A stretch of 64,000 bases of DNA from Candidatus Onthomorpha sp. (GCA_045614605.1 JAZLDH010000018.1:67258-131257); one strand, 5' to 3'. Shown: positions 48,993-58,404, counted from the first letter of the stretch. The notes: generated by a model from the letters alone, not told the origin. Translations and numbers: made by a program.

Positions 48993-50508
48993 TAGGATAG
49001 AATACGGCGATTGGCAAACAAGTTTGGAATTAGCTCTTGAAGTATGTAAATTATTAAAAGAAATAGGGGTGAATCCAAAAGTAATTGTAGAACCAACTTG
49101 TGGAAAAGGAAATTTTATCTTGGCTGCTTTACAAACTTTTGAAGATATAGAAGATGTTTATGGAATAGAAATTTATAAACCCTATATTGATGAATTAGAA
49201 AGTGCGCTTGGGCAATATGATATTGATAATCCCCGAAAAGTTAAGCCTACAATTCATTTGTATAATCAAAGTATTTTTGAGTTCGATTTTGCTAAAATAG
49301 AAAATGATTTAAACGATAGAGAAATTTTAGTATTGGGAAATCTTCCTTGGGTAACAAATAGTAAGTTGAGTGTAATAGGTAGTGATAATTTACCTGAGAA
49401 AACAAATTTTAAAAACTTGGGTGGATTAGATGCTATGATGGGTAAAAGCAATTTTGATATAGCAGAATCTATTTGTTGTCAAATGATAAATTTCTTAATA
49501 GGTAAAAAAGCACATCTTTCCCTTTTATTAAAAAATTCGGTTGTAAAGAATATTTTATATAAACAAGAAAACTCTCCTCTTTCTATTAGTAATATTCAGC
49601 AATATAACATAGATACAAAAAAAGAATTTAGAGCCTCTGTTGCGGCATGCTTATTTGATTGCTCATTTAAGGAAAAATATAGTAAGTCTTGTACAGTAAA
49701 GGATTTTTATACAAGAGATAATCTACAAAAATATGGTTGGGTAGGAGGGAAATTTGTCTCTAATTTAGAATTTTATAGAGACAATTCATTTATAGATGGA
49801 GAATCTCAGTTGGAGTGGCGTTCGGGAATAAAGCATGATTGTGCAAAAGTTATGGAATTAACTTTTGATGGCAGTCAATATGTTAATGGATATGGTGAAA
49901 AGGTAGAAATTGAAAATGATTTGCTTTATCCTTTATTAAAAAGTTCAGATATTAAAGAAGGTATTATTTCATCTACAACAAAATATGTGATAATTACACA
50001 ACAATCCCCCTCTGATGACACTCAATTTATAAGACTTAAATATCCTAAAACTTATTCTTATTTATTATCTCATTCAAAAGAATTGGATAATAGAGCAAGT
50101 AGAGTTTACAAAGGACGTCCAAGATTTTGTATGTTTGGAATAGGCGAATATTCTTTTAAGCCTTATAAAATTGCAGTCTCAGGATTGTATAAAAAAATCA
50201 ATTTTTCAATCATAACACCAATAAATAACAAAAGTGTAATGTTAGATGACACTTGTTATGTCTTAGGCTTTGATACATTAGAGGAAGCAAAAATGATACA
50301 AGGACTTTTAAACACCAAACAAGTTCAAGAATTTATAAAATCTATTGTTTTTACAGATGCAAAACGTGTTATAAATAAAGAAGTATTGATGCGTATAGAT
50401 TTGTTGAAACTAATAGAACATCTATCAAACTTAGAAAAACAAGAAAAACAACAATATTACAAATATTTAAAATCAAATATTATACCAACACAAATGTCTT
50501 TATTCTAA
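48973..50508 (+). CDS. N6-adenine DNA methyltransferase (gamma-class motif order)
   Basis: Motif I VEPTCGKGNF (49087-49116) precedes motif IV GNLPWV (N-L-P-W at 49339-49350). A large C-terminal putative target-recognition region. Confidence 0.7.
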   Translation: MLSKTNNRIEYGDWQTSLELALEVCKLLKEIGVNPKVIVEPTCGKGNFILAALQTFEDIEDVYGIEIYKPYIDELESALGQYDIDNPRKVKPTIHLYNQSIFEFDFAKIENDLNDREILVLGNLPWVTNSKLSVIGSDNLPEKTNFKNLGGLDAMMGKSNFDIAESICCQMINFLIGKKAHLSLLLKNSVVKNILYKQENSPLSISNIQQYNIDTKKEFRASVAACLFDCSFKEKYSKSCTVKDFYTRDNLQKYGWVGGKFVSNLEFYRDNSFIDGESQLEWRSGIKHDCAKVMELTFDGSQYVNGYGEKVEIENDLLYPLLKSSDIKEGIISSTTKYVIITQQSPSDDTQFIRLKYPKTYSYLLSHSKELDNRASRVYKGRPRFCMFGIGEYSFKPYKIAVSGLYKKINFSIITPINNKSVMLDDTCYVLGFDTLEEAKMIQGLLNTKQVQEFIKSIVFTDAKRVINKEVLMRIDLLKLIEHLSNLEKQEKQQYYKYLKSNIIPTQMSLF

Positions 50509-50534
50509 AATAAGGTGATTAAATACAAACAACT

Positions 50535-51617
50535 ATGAAAGAAGATTGGTCAGAAATCGTGTTTTGTTTAAGTAAATTAAAAAGAAAAGATTTAAAGGAA
50601 TTAGAATATCAAAGAGAAATAGAGCGTTGTTTAACACTTTTAGGTTGGAAAGAGTATAATGGAACTTTAAAATCGCAAGTAACTATACCTATTGGTAATG
50701 GTAATTTAATACGTCCTGATATAGTTCTTTATAAAGAAAATGTAGCAATCCTGCCTATTGAAATAAAAAAAGCAAATATTGGTTGTGGCTCTAAGCAATC
50801 ATCTCAATTATTTTCTTATATGCGTCAATTAAAGTTGAATTTTGGTTTGTATATAGGTGAAAATATCCAACTTTTTTATGATACTCCTAATGATTCCGAA
50901 GAAGCTATTTGTGTTTTTAAAGTTGAATTTTTAGAAGATGATGAAAAAGGATTGGAATTGTGTGATTTATTGTCTTATGATAATTGTAGTAAAGAAAAAT
51001 TAGAGGAATTTAGTAAAGATTGCTACGAAAAAATAATCGAAACCAAGAATTTAAAACAACGTTTAAATGATTTTTTATCTCCTGCCAATCAAAAAAATAA
51101 CATAAAAGACTTAATCAAAACTAAATTTCTTGAAGAAGGATTCAAAGAAGAGAATATAGAAAAAGAATTAGAGAATATAAGCTTTAATATTTATAGAAAA
51201 CAAGAAGAAATACGCATTGAACTACCTAAAATAAGCCAAAATAGACAATGCAATTCTGAAAGAAATAATTCTAAGCACTTATTTAATGGTCAATATCATT
51301 GTATGGGTCGTTATGCTTTAGAAGCAATAAGAGATATTGTAAGAAATAATCCAAAAATTACTTTTTCTGAATTAGAAAAGTTTATTCCGGAAGAATTGCA
51401 AAATAGAACTAATGGTATTATTGAAAGATTAGAAGATGTTAAAGCAAGAAAATTTGGTTCAAAAGATACGGGTAAGAGATATTTTATGGAAGAAGATGAA
51501 ATAATTCACCTTTTTGATGGAACACAAGTCGTGGTTTACACTCAGTGGGTTAGTTATGGTAATTTTAAAGTGTTTAAAAAAGCAATTGAAAAATATTATC
51601 ATATAGAAGAAAAGTAG
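50535..51617 (+). CDS. HsdR-N-like PD-(D/E)xK nuclease domain protein with uncharacterised C-terminal domain
   Basis: N-terminal LLGW...IRPD(62)IVLY...LPIE(76)IK(78)K matches the type I restriction enzyme R N-terminal domain pattern. The C-terminal roughly 120 aa (RYFMEEDEIIHLFDGTQVVVYTQW) was not assigned. Confidence 0.55.
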   Translation: MKEDWSEIVFCLSKLKRKDLKELEYQREIERCLTLLGWKEYNGTLKSQVTIPIGNGNLIRPDIVLYKENVAILPIEIKKANIGCGSKQSSQLFSYMRQLKLNFGLYIGENIQLFYDTPNDSEEAICVFKVEFLEDDEKGLELCDLLSYDNCSKEKLEEFSKDCYEKIIETKNLKQRLNDFLSPANQKNNIKDLIKTKFLEEGFKEENIEKELENISFNIYRKQEEIRIELPKISQNRQCNSERNNSKHLFNGQYHCMGRYALEAIRDIVRNNPKITFSELEKFIPEELQNRTNGIIERLEDVKARKFGSKDTGKRYFMEEDEIIHLFDGTQVVVYTQWVSYGNFKVFKKAIEKYYHIEEK

Positions 51618-51724
51618 TAATAAAAAACTATTTATTTTGTTTAAATCTTTTCTTAGTTTTTGTAAAATCAAAGAAAAGGTTTATTTTTGTAAACTAAATA
51701 ATTATTAACCAAAAGCGAATTAAG

Positions 51725-53875
51725 ATGAAAAGAATTACAACATTGTTTTTATTAGCTATGTTTGCGTTTTCACCGTTGGTAAAGGCAGACGAAGGTATGT
51801 GGCTTTTGATGTCTATTGACAAGCAAACATACAAGGAAATGAAAAAGAAGGGTTTGAAACTTACCTCTAAACAAATCTACGACATTAACAACGCTTCTTT
51901 AAAGGATGCTATCATTCAATTTGGTAGAGGTTGTACAGGAGAAATTGTTTCTGACCAAGGATTGATTTTAACTAATCACCACTGCGGTTATCCTCAAATT
52001 CAACAACACTCAACCGTAGAACACGATTATTTAAGCAATGGATTTTGGGCGTATAACCAAAGTGAAGAACTTCCAAACCCAGGATTGACAGCTAAATTCT
52101 TTATCAGAATGGAAGATGTTACAGACCAAGTATTAAAAGGCGTAACAAACGAAATGAATGAGAATGAAAGAGCAAAAATAGTTCGTGCTAACTCAAAGAA
52201 AATAAAAGAAGAAACAGAAAAAGGTACAACCTACACAGCAGAAGTTTCTACAATGTTCAACGGAAACCAATACATACTATTTGTATATGAGGTTTACGAA
52301 GACGTACGTTTAGTAGGAGCTCCACCTTCATCAATCGGAAAATTCGGAGCCGATACAGACAACTGGATGTGGCCAAGACACACAGGCGATTTCTCAGTAT
52401 TTAGAGTTTATGCTGACAAAAACGGAAAGCCAGCTAAGTATTCAAAAGACAATGTTCCTTTGAAACCAAAACATTTCTTACCAATCTCATTGAAAGGTGT
52501 AAAAGAAAATGATTTTGTTATGATAATAGGTTATCCAGGAACAACAGACCGTTTCTTAACATCGTTTGGTGTAGAACAAGCCATAGATACTTACAACCCA
52601 TCTGTTGTAACAGCTCGTACAGCTTTAAGAAACGTAATGCAAGCCGATATGTTACAAGAACCAAGAGTAAGAATACAATACGCAAGTAAGTTTGCATCAC
52701 TTTCAAACTATTGGAAATTCTACCAAGGACAAACAACATGTTTGAAAAACCTTGATGTAAAAAGCTCAAAACAAGCCTTAGAAAACCGTTTTGCACAGTG
52801 GATTGAAAAAGACGCATCTCGCAAAGCAGAATATGGCGAAGTATTGAAAAATCTTGCAGCAGCATATCAAGCAACAGGCGAATATGAATTGTTAAGAGTT
52901 TACACTAACGAAGCAATCCTAAGAGGCTCATCAGTATTCTCAATAGCAAGACAACTAAGACCGCTTGAAGAAGAATTAAGCAAAAACGGAAAATCAGAAA
53001 AAGCAAAAGAAATTGCAGCAAAACTTAAAACACAATTTGCAGGTGTGTTTAAGGATTACAACATCATAACAGAAGAAAAATTATTTGCAGCAGGTCTTGA
53101 CGTATTCTTCCGTAACGTTCCAATCCTTCACCAATCACCAGAATTTTTATCAAATGCCTTTGCAAACGGTTACGACTTCAAGCAAATAGCAAACGATATT
53201 TTCAAAACATCTCTATTAGTAGAACAAGAAAATCTTAACAAACTATTAGACAACCTTGATGTAACACAAATCACTAACGACCCAGCTTACATATTAACAA
53301 ACCAATTCATTTCAAACCTTAACGAAAAACTTGCCTCTGTTAGAGAAGAAAGAGAAAGCCTAAATCGTTCAAATCGTTTGTTCGTAAAAGGAGTAATGGA
53401 AATGGATAAAAACAAACACTTTGCACCAAATGCAAACCTTACAATCCGTTACACATACGGAACAGTACGTCCATACGAACCAAAAGACGGAATTACCTAT
53501 AAGTATATCACAACATTAGACGGAGTAATGGCAAAAGAAGACAACTCTTCTTGGGAATTTACCGTTCCTTCAAAGCTTAGACTTCTTTATGAAACAAAAG
53601 ACTATGGTCAATACGCAGAAAACGGAAGCGTTCCTGTGGCATTCATAGCAGACCTTGACATAACAGGAGGAAACTCTGGATCTCCAACAATCAATGCTAA
53701 GGGAGAATTAGTCGGAATAGCATTTGACGGAAACTGGGAAGCAATGAGCGGAAACATAGCTTTCAATCCAGACCTTCAAAGATGTATTTCAGTAGATATA
53801 CGTTACGTTCTATTCATAATAGACAAGTATGCAGGAGCAACAAACTTGATAAAAGAAATGAAAATCGTAAAATAA
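51725..53875 (+). CDS. S46 family dipeptidyl-peptidase (DPP7/DPP11-like)
   Basis: The mature N-terminus DEGMWL follows the signal peptide. TNHHCG (His) and GGNSGSP (Ser). 716 aa. Confidence 0.92.
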   Translation: MKRITTLFLLAMFAFSPLVKADEGMWLLMSIDKQTYKEMKKKGLKLTSKQIYDINNASLKDAIIQFGRGCTGEIVSDQGLILTNHHCGYPQIQQHSTVEHDYLSNGFWAYNQSEELPNPGLTAKFFIRMEDVTDQVLKGVTNEMNENERAKIVRANSKKIKEETEKGTTYTAEVSTMFNGNQYILFVYEVYEDVRLVGAPPSSIGKFGADTDNWMWPRHTGDFSVFRVYADKNGKPAKYSKDNVPLKPKHFLPISLKGVKENDFVMIIGYPGTTDRFLTSFGVEQAIDTYNPSVVTARTALRNVMQADMLQEPRVRIQYASKFASLSNYWKFYQGQTTCLKNLDVKSSKQALENRFAQWIEKDASRKAEYGEVLKNLAAAYQATGEYELLRVYTNEAILRGSSVFSIARQLRPLEEELSKNGKSEKAKEIAAKLKTQFAGVFKDYNIITEEKLFAAGLDVFFRNVPILHQSPEFLSNAFANGYDFKQIANDIFKTSLLVEQENLNKLLDNLDVTQITNDPAYILTNQFISNLNEKLASVREERESLNRSNRLFVKGVMEMDKNKHFAPNANLTIRYTYGTVRPYEPKDGITYKYITTLDGVMAKEDNSSWEFTVPSKLRLLYETKDYGQYAENGSVPVAFIADLDITGGNSGSPTINAKGELVGIAFDGNWEAMSGNIAFNPDLQRCISVDIRYVLFIIDKYAGATNLIKEMKIVK

Positions 53876-53880
53876 ATCAA

Positions 53881-53910
53881 AAAGGGAGGTTTAAACGCCT
53901 CCCTTTATTT
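53881..53910 (+). terminator. Rho-independent terminator
   Basis: GGGAGG (53884-53889) / CCTCCC (53898-53903), followed by TTTATTT. Confidence 0.65.
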
Positions 53911-53923
53911 ATCTTGTAAAAAT

Positions 53924-54439
53924 ATGAGTAAGATTATAAAAACAGATTTAGCCGAACGAATTGAACAACTAATAGCAGAGGCAAAGAAACGTACTATATC
54001 GGCTGTCAATACAGCGATAGTTTATACCTATTACGAAATAGGAAAAATGATAGTGGAAGATGAACAACAAGGAGAAGAAAGAGCAAAATATGGAAAGGCT
54101 ATATTAAAAGACATATCTTTGCGCCTTACAAATAAATTCGGTAGAGGCTTTTCGGTAGATAATCTTGAAAATATGAGACGTTTTTATTTAGTATACTCAA
54201 ATTCCGAAACACTGTCTCGGAATTTAGGTTTCACTCTTAGTTGGTCTCATTATCTTAAACTTATACGTATAGATAATCCAGAAGAACGTAGGTTTTATGA
54301 AATAGAAGCAAGGGAAAATAATTGGAGTTTAAGGGAATTGCAAAGACAATTTGATAGTTCATTATACGAACGCTTACAATTAAGTCGTGATAAAGAAGGA
54401 ATAAAAGAATTGTCTCAAAAAGGGCAAATAAAATATTAA
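53924..54439 (+). CDS. YhcG/DUF1016 N-terminal domain fragment (C-terminal PDDEXK nuclease domain absent)
   Basis: 171 aa. LSWSHYLKLIRIDNPEERRFYEIEARENNWSLRELQRQFDSSLYERL matches the DUF1016 N-domain. The ORF stops where full-length family members continue into the nuclease domain. Confidence 0.65.
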   Translation: MSKIIKTDLAERIEQLIAEAKKRTISAVNTAIVYTYYEIGKMIVEDEQQGEERAKYGKAILKDISLRLTNKFGRGFSVDNLENMRRFYLVYSNSETLSRNLGFTLSWSHYLKLIRIDNPEERRFYEIEARENNWSLRELQRQFDSSLYERLQLSRDKEGIKELSQKGQIKY

Positions 54440-54459
54440 AAGCTTAAAATAATGTAATT

Positions 54460-55682
54460 ATGAAAGATGTAGATTGCGACTTGACTTATGCCTTGGATTC
54501 AGAGGGAAAACTTGTGAATATCAAGCAAGTGGAATCTGGTAAAAAGTGTAATTGCATTTGTCCTGCGTGTGAAGAACTATTAGTAGCGAAAAAAGGGGAA
54601 ATTCGCAAGCATCATTTTGCACATTCTTCGGGAAAAAATTGCAAACACGCAATTGAAAGTATGTTACATCATCTTGCAAAAGATAAATTTCAAGAAGCGT
54701 TTTACAAAAATGAAGAATTTATATTCAATATGAGCATAAATCGTATTGTAGTAAGAAAAAAGAATGTAAAAACATTACAAAACAAAATTGTTGTGAAATA
54801 AAAACAATCAAAATTAATCTAAAAGACGATTATGATACTTGCGAACAAGAACAAGTCTATAATAAGAATAATCGCCGTTCAGATTTAAAAATATATTCTT
54901 CTACGAATCCAGATTTAGAACCTATATACTTGGAATTTTGTGTTACACACGCAAGTGATTCTGAAAAGTTGCATAGTGGAAATAAAATAATAGAAATCTT
55001 AATTGAAAAAGAAAAGGATATTTTTGATATAATAGAGAATGGAATTATAGAAACTAAAAGTAATAATAAAGAAGAGTTGAATAAAATTAGTTTCTATGGC
55101 TTTGAAAAAAAAGATTTTTGTGCAGATATTCTATGTAAAGATTTTTTTGCAGATGACATGGAAGAAGATTGGTATGCAGAGGAGATGGAAGATTCTTGTA
55201 TGGAGAACTTAAACAAAGATTTTAGTGTAGATAATTTATACAAAAAAAGAGGATTAGTAAGATTTAAATTGTTTGATAATGGAATAATGGAATGTAAAGA
55301 ATATAAAACAGATAGCAAACAAAGTATTAAACATGAAGATGATTCTATTTATGATATATGTTTCTATGTTGATAATCCTATGCAAGAACGTGACAAAATT
55401 TATAATAGAATGAAGTATATATGTTATGATAAATTTAAAATAAAAAATTGTGAACTTTGTAAAAATTACGTTGATGCTTTTTATAAAGATAGGAAAATTT
55501 GTGCGAAGTTTGAAAAACATATTATAAAAGAGGAGACAACTCGTGCAATTTACTGTAGTCATTTTCAAATTGACGATGAATACATGAATAATAGGATAAG
55601 GGAGGGAATAGAAGAATATAGATTTGATGTGTTATTTTGTAAACAACAACTAAAAGAACAACCTCAATTAAATTTTGATTAA
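54460..55682 (+). pseudogene. CoiA-like Zn-ribbon plus PD-(D/E)xK nuclease gene, frameshifted
   Basis: ORF 54460-54801 carries CPACEELLVAKKGEIRKHHFAH (CoiA-like N-terminus). The -1 frame, open from 54714, carries ...NRRSDLKIY...PIYLEFCVTH... and continues to 55682. The two frames overlap at 54714-54798. Confidence 0.6.
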
Positions 55683-55685
55683 AAA

Positions 55686-55716
55686 TAAAATCGTCAATAC
55701 GAATTGACGATTTTAT
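55686..55716. terminator. Bidirectional hairpin terminator between convergent genes
   Basis: AAAATCGTCAAT (55687-55698) / ATTGACGATTTT (55703-55714), flanked by A and T runs. Confidence 0.7.
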
Positions 55717-56888
55717 TTTTTCATTATCAACGCTTTTACGTCCGAAAGAAACCATCTTGTTTTGCGTTTTATCTTCTCTAATGTTGGTTCTCCGACAAAT
55801 TCGTTTGCTAATTTGTGAAATTCTTCTTTGTTTATTTTTTCAAAAAACTCATCTCTTTTAGGGTGGGCTTTTGCAGATATTGCAAGGGCTGAATTATTTG
55901 ATAAAATATCTCTTAGGTTTGTTTCTTTAATGCTAAGAGATAATTTCTTAAAGCTAAGAGATATTTTCTTATTGTAAAGGATTACTGCACTAACTCCTTT
56001 GTTGTCGTCCATTTCTGGGTGAAATCTATCAATGCCCCAATAGTCTGCAAGGCTTATATCCGCCATTGAAGCGAAATTCTTTGCAGGGCAATGATGACAG
56101 CTTTGTCTTAGGAAAAGGTTTTTTAGAAATCCTCTCATATATATGTTATCGTGTAGGCTTTCTTTTAGGATTGTTTTTTCTTTTTCTTCAATTTTTAGAT
56201 TAAACACCCTCCATGATTTGTCTTTGTTGCGGAATGATATGTTTTCTATTTCGTTTAAGGAAATTTTCTTTTGTTTGCAGATTTCGTTTAGGTATTTTTC
56301 CCAAACCATTGGCGAAGGTACTCCATGGCATACGACTTCTGTTGCAATAAGGTTTTGATATTCTTTTCTAAGATAGAGTTTCAATCCCATTATTTGGCAA
56401 GGTGTTCCAACGAAAAGCACTAATCTTTCTTCGTTTAGTAGCTCTTTTGTTTTTTTGAAACAATCCCTCATATCGCTTTGAAGGTATTTTGAGCCAAGAA
56501 ATGGTTTTAAGTCTTCTTTTCTTTCGCAAAAGTCGTGAATTAAATGGAAGTTTTCATCAAATCTTGCTGCGCAAACAACGCCTCCTTTGTCTAATACGTT
56601 ATTTGCAAGGGCTACGAAAACGCCTCCCGATGATGATAAGTTTCTTTCGTTTTCTGAGTTGTTTTTTACGGCAAAGGCTTCTATTTCTCTTTCGTTTTCG
56701 TTTTTCTCTGCAAGAACAGGGCATACCTTTTCGCATATTCCACATTCAATGCAGTTGTTTTTTGAAAGTTTTACTTGTAAGAAACCTTGATTGTCGCTTT
56801 TCATTTCAAGGCATTGCTTAGGGCAGGCGCTAACACACGCACTACAACCACAACAATCCGTTTTGGCAACTCTATTTATTATACACAT
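55713..56888 (-). CDS. FrhB-like (coenzyme F420 hydrogenase/dehydrogenase beta subunit family) 4Fe-4S protein of polysaccharide-modification loci
   Basis: Two ferredoxin motifs, CCGCSACVSACP and CIECGICEKVCP, at the N-terminus. 391 aa. Lies immediately downstream of a Wzx-type flippase gene. Confidence 0.7.
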   Translation of the reverse strand: MCIINRVAKTDCCGCSACVSACPKQCLEMKSDNQGFLQVKLSKNNCIECGICEKVCPVLAEKNENEREIEAFAVKNNSENERNLSSSGGVFVALANNVLDKGGVVCAARFDENFHLIHDFCERKEDLKPFLGSKYLQSDMRDCFKKTKELLNEERLVLFVGTPCQIMGLKLYLRKEYQNLIATEVVCHGVPSPMVWEKYLNEICKQKKISLNEIENISFRNKDKSWRVFNLKIEEKEKTILKESLHDNIYMRGFLKNLFLRQSCHHCPAKNFASMADISLADYWGIDRFHPEMDDNKGVSAVILYNKKISLSFKKLSLSIKETNLRDILSNNSALAISAKAHPKRDEFFEKINKEEFHKLANEFVGEPTLEKIKRKTRWFLSDVKALIMKK

Positions 56889-56892
56889 TTTC

Positions 56893-58404
56893 CTATCTCT
56901 TTTTTTTGATTTTATTTACAAGGCTTAACGCTAATGTCTTTTCGTAAGTGTTCATAGAGAATAGCCAAAATATTATTCCATAAACAAGAGAAAAAACAAC
57001 AATACTAACAATAAATTCAATCCAAGTGTTTATTATTAAATAATCTATTAGATAAAATGCTATCAAACTAAGTAGGATAGGGGCGAATGACATTTTTAAT
57101 ATTTCTTTCCAAAAAGATATAATATCTAAACTTACTTTTTTGTGATAATAAACGTTCATTATCAATACATGTCCTAAGAATAGGGCGATTGAAGTGGCAG
57201 TTGCACAACCTAAAATGCCATAATATTTTGTTAAAGGTAGGCTTGCAACGAAACTTGCTAAGGAGATTCCAAGATAAAGCAAGGAACGAAATTTCATTTG
57301 ATTGCGTGCTTGCAAAATACTTATGGCTACGTTTTGAATTAGCGGAACTAATAATGGTACAAAGAAGAGAATGCAAACGTAATAGGCTAAATCATACTGG
57401 TTTCCTACCCAAAGGTTTATGAATTGACGACCAAAAACCACAAAGCCCGAAAGTATGAAACTCATTATTATGAATTGTAATCGTCCTGTTTTGATAAATA
57501 AATCCGATACTTGTTTTTCACTTCCTTTTTGGCTTGTCATAGAGGTTATTCTTGGAAGTAGGATTCCCGAAATGGCGGTTGAGAATGACATATACATTTG
57601 TTGGATTTGTATTGCTATGCCATAGACCGCTACAAGCTTGGCTCCGCAATATACTCCTACAACGCTTTGTCCTAAACTCCAATAAATTCTATCCATTATC
57701 ACGTTTAGAAATACCCAAAAGGAATAAACGCTTACTTCTTTTAAGAATTTGAAATCAAATTTAGCAAAAACGATTTTTATATTTAGTTTTTGTTTGCAGT
57801 AATAGTAGTCTAAAAGCAGTGTAACTACGTTAAAAATTGTTTGAACTACAACCATGGAAATTGCTTTGTAGCCGTATGATAGCAAAACTACCATTACTAT
57901 TGGGTTTAGTATGATTCTGAGTAGGTTTATGAGCTTTTGAAAAACAAATCTTTCGTATGCAACAATTATAGAACGATAAACACTCATTATAAAGGTGAAA
58001 GCAAGGTTGAAGATAAGAAGTAGGAACATTATTCTAAGTTTTCCAAGTTCGCTTTCTGTCATATTTTGAGCGAAAATGGTGTCTAAATTATAGTAAAGCA
58101 CAGCACCAATTCCCAATGTTACCAAGGCAATTACGCCAAAGATAACAAAAAACATTCCAAACATTTTGTTGAGTTCGTCTTTCTTGTTTTCGGCTTTGTA
58201 TTTTGCCGTATAACGTATCACAGCATTGCCAAATCCTAAATCCAATACGGTAAGCGTGCTGATGATTGAGGCAACCAAAGAATAGAGTCCGTATTCGGCT
58301 TGACCAAGTTTAAAAGTCATAAAAGGAGTATAAACCAAAGCAATAACACTGTTAAGAATGAGTGTTAGATATGAAAGTATTGCTCCTGCTTTTAGTTGAT
58401 TCAT
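56893..58404 (-). CDS. Oligosaccharide/polysaccharide flippase (Wzx, MOP superfamily)
   Basis: 503 aa, about 12-14 TM helices. N-terminal AGAILSYLTLILNSVIALVYTPFM is typical of polysaccharide biosynthesis protein families. Confidence 0.8.
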   Translation of the reverse strand: MNQLKAGAILSYLTLILNSVIALVYTPFMTFKLGQAEYGLYSLVASIISTLTVLDLGFGNAVIRYTAKYKAENKKDELNKMFGMFFVIFGVIALVTLGIGAVLYYNLDTIFAQNMTESELGKLRIMFLLLIFNLAFTFIMSVYRSIIVAYERFVFQKLINLLRIILNPIVMVVLLSYGYKAISMVVVQTIFNVVTLLLDYYYCKQKLNIKIVFAKFDFKFLKEVSVYSFWVFLNVIMDRIYWSLGQSVVGVYCGAKLVAVYGIAIQIQQMYMSFSTAISGILLPRITSMTSQKGSEKQVSDLFIKTGRLQFIIMSFILSGFVVFGRQFINLWVGNQYDLAYYVCILFFVPLLVPLIQNVAISILQARNQMKFRSLLYLGISLASFVASLPLTKYYGILGCATATSIALFLGHVLIMNVYYHKKVSLDIISFWKEILKMSFAPILLSLIAFYLIDYLIINTWIEFIVSIVVFSLVYGIIFWLFSMNTYEKTLALSLVNKIKKKR

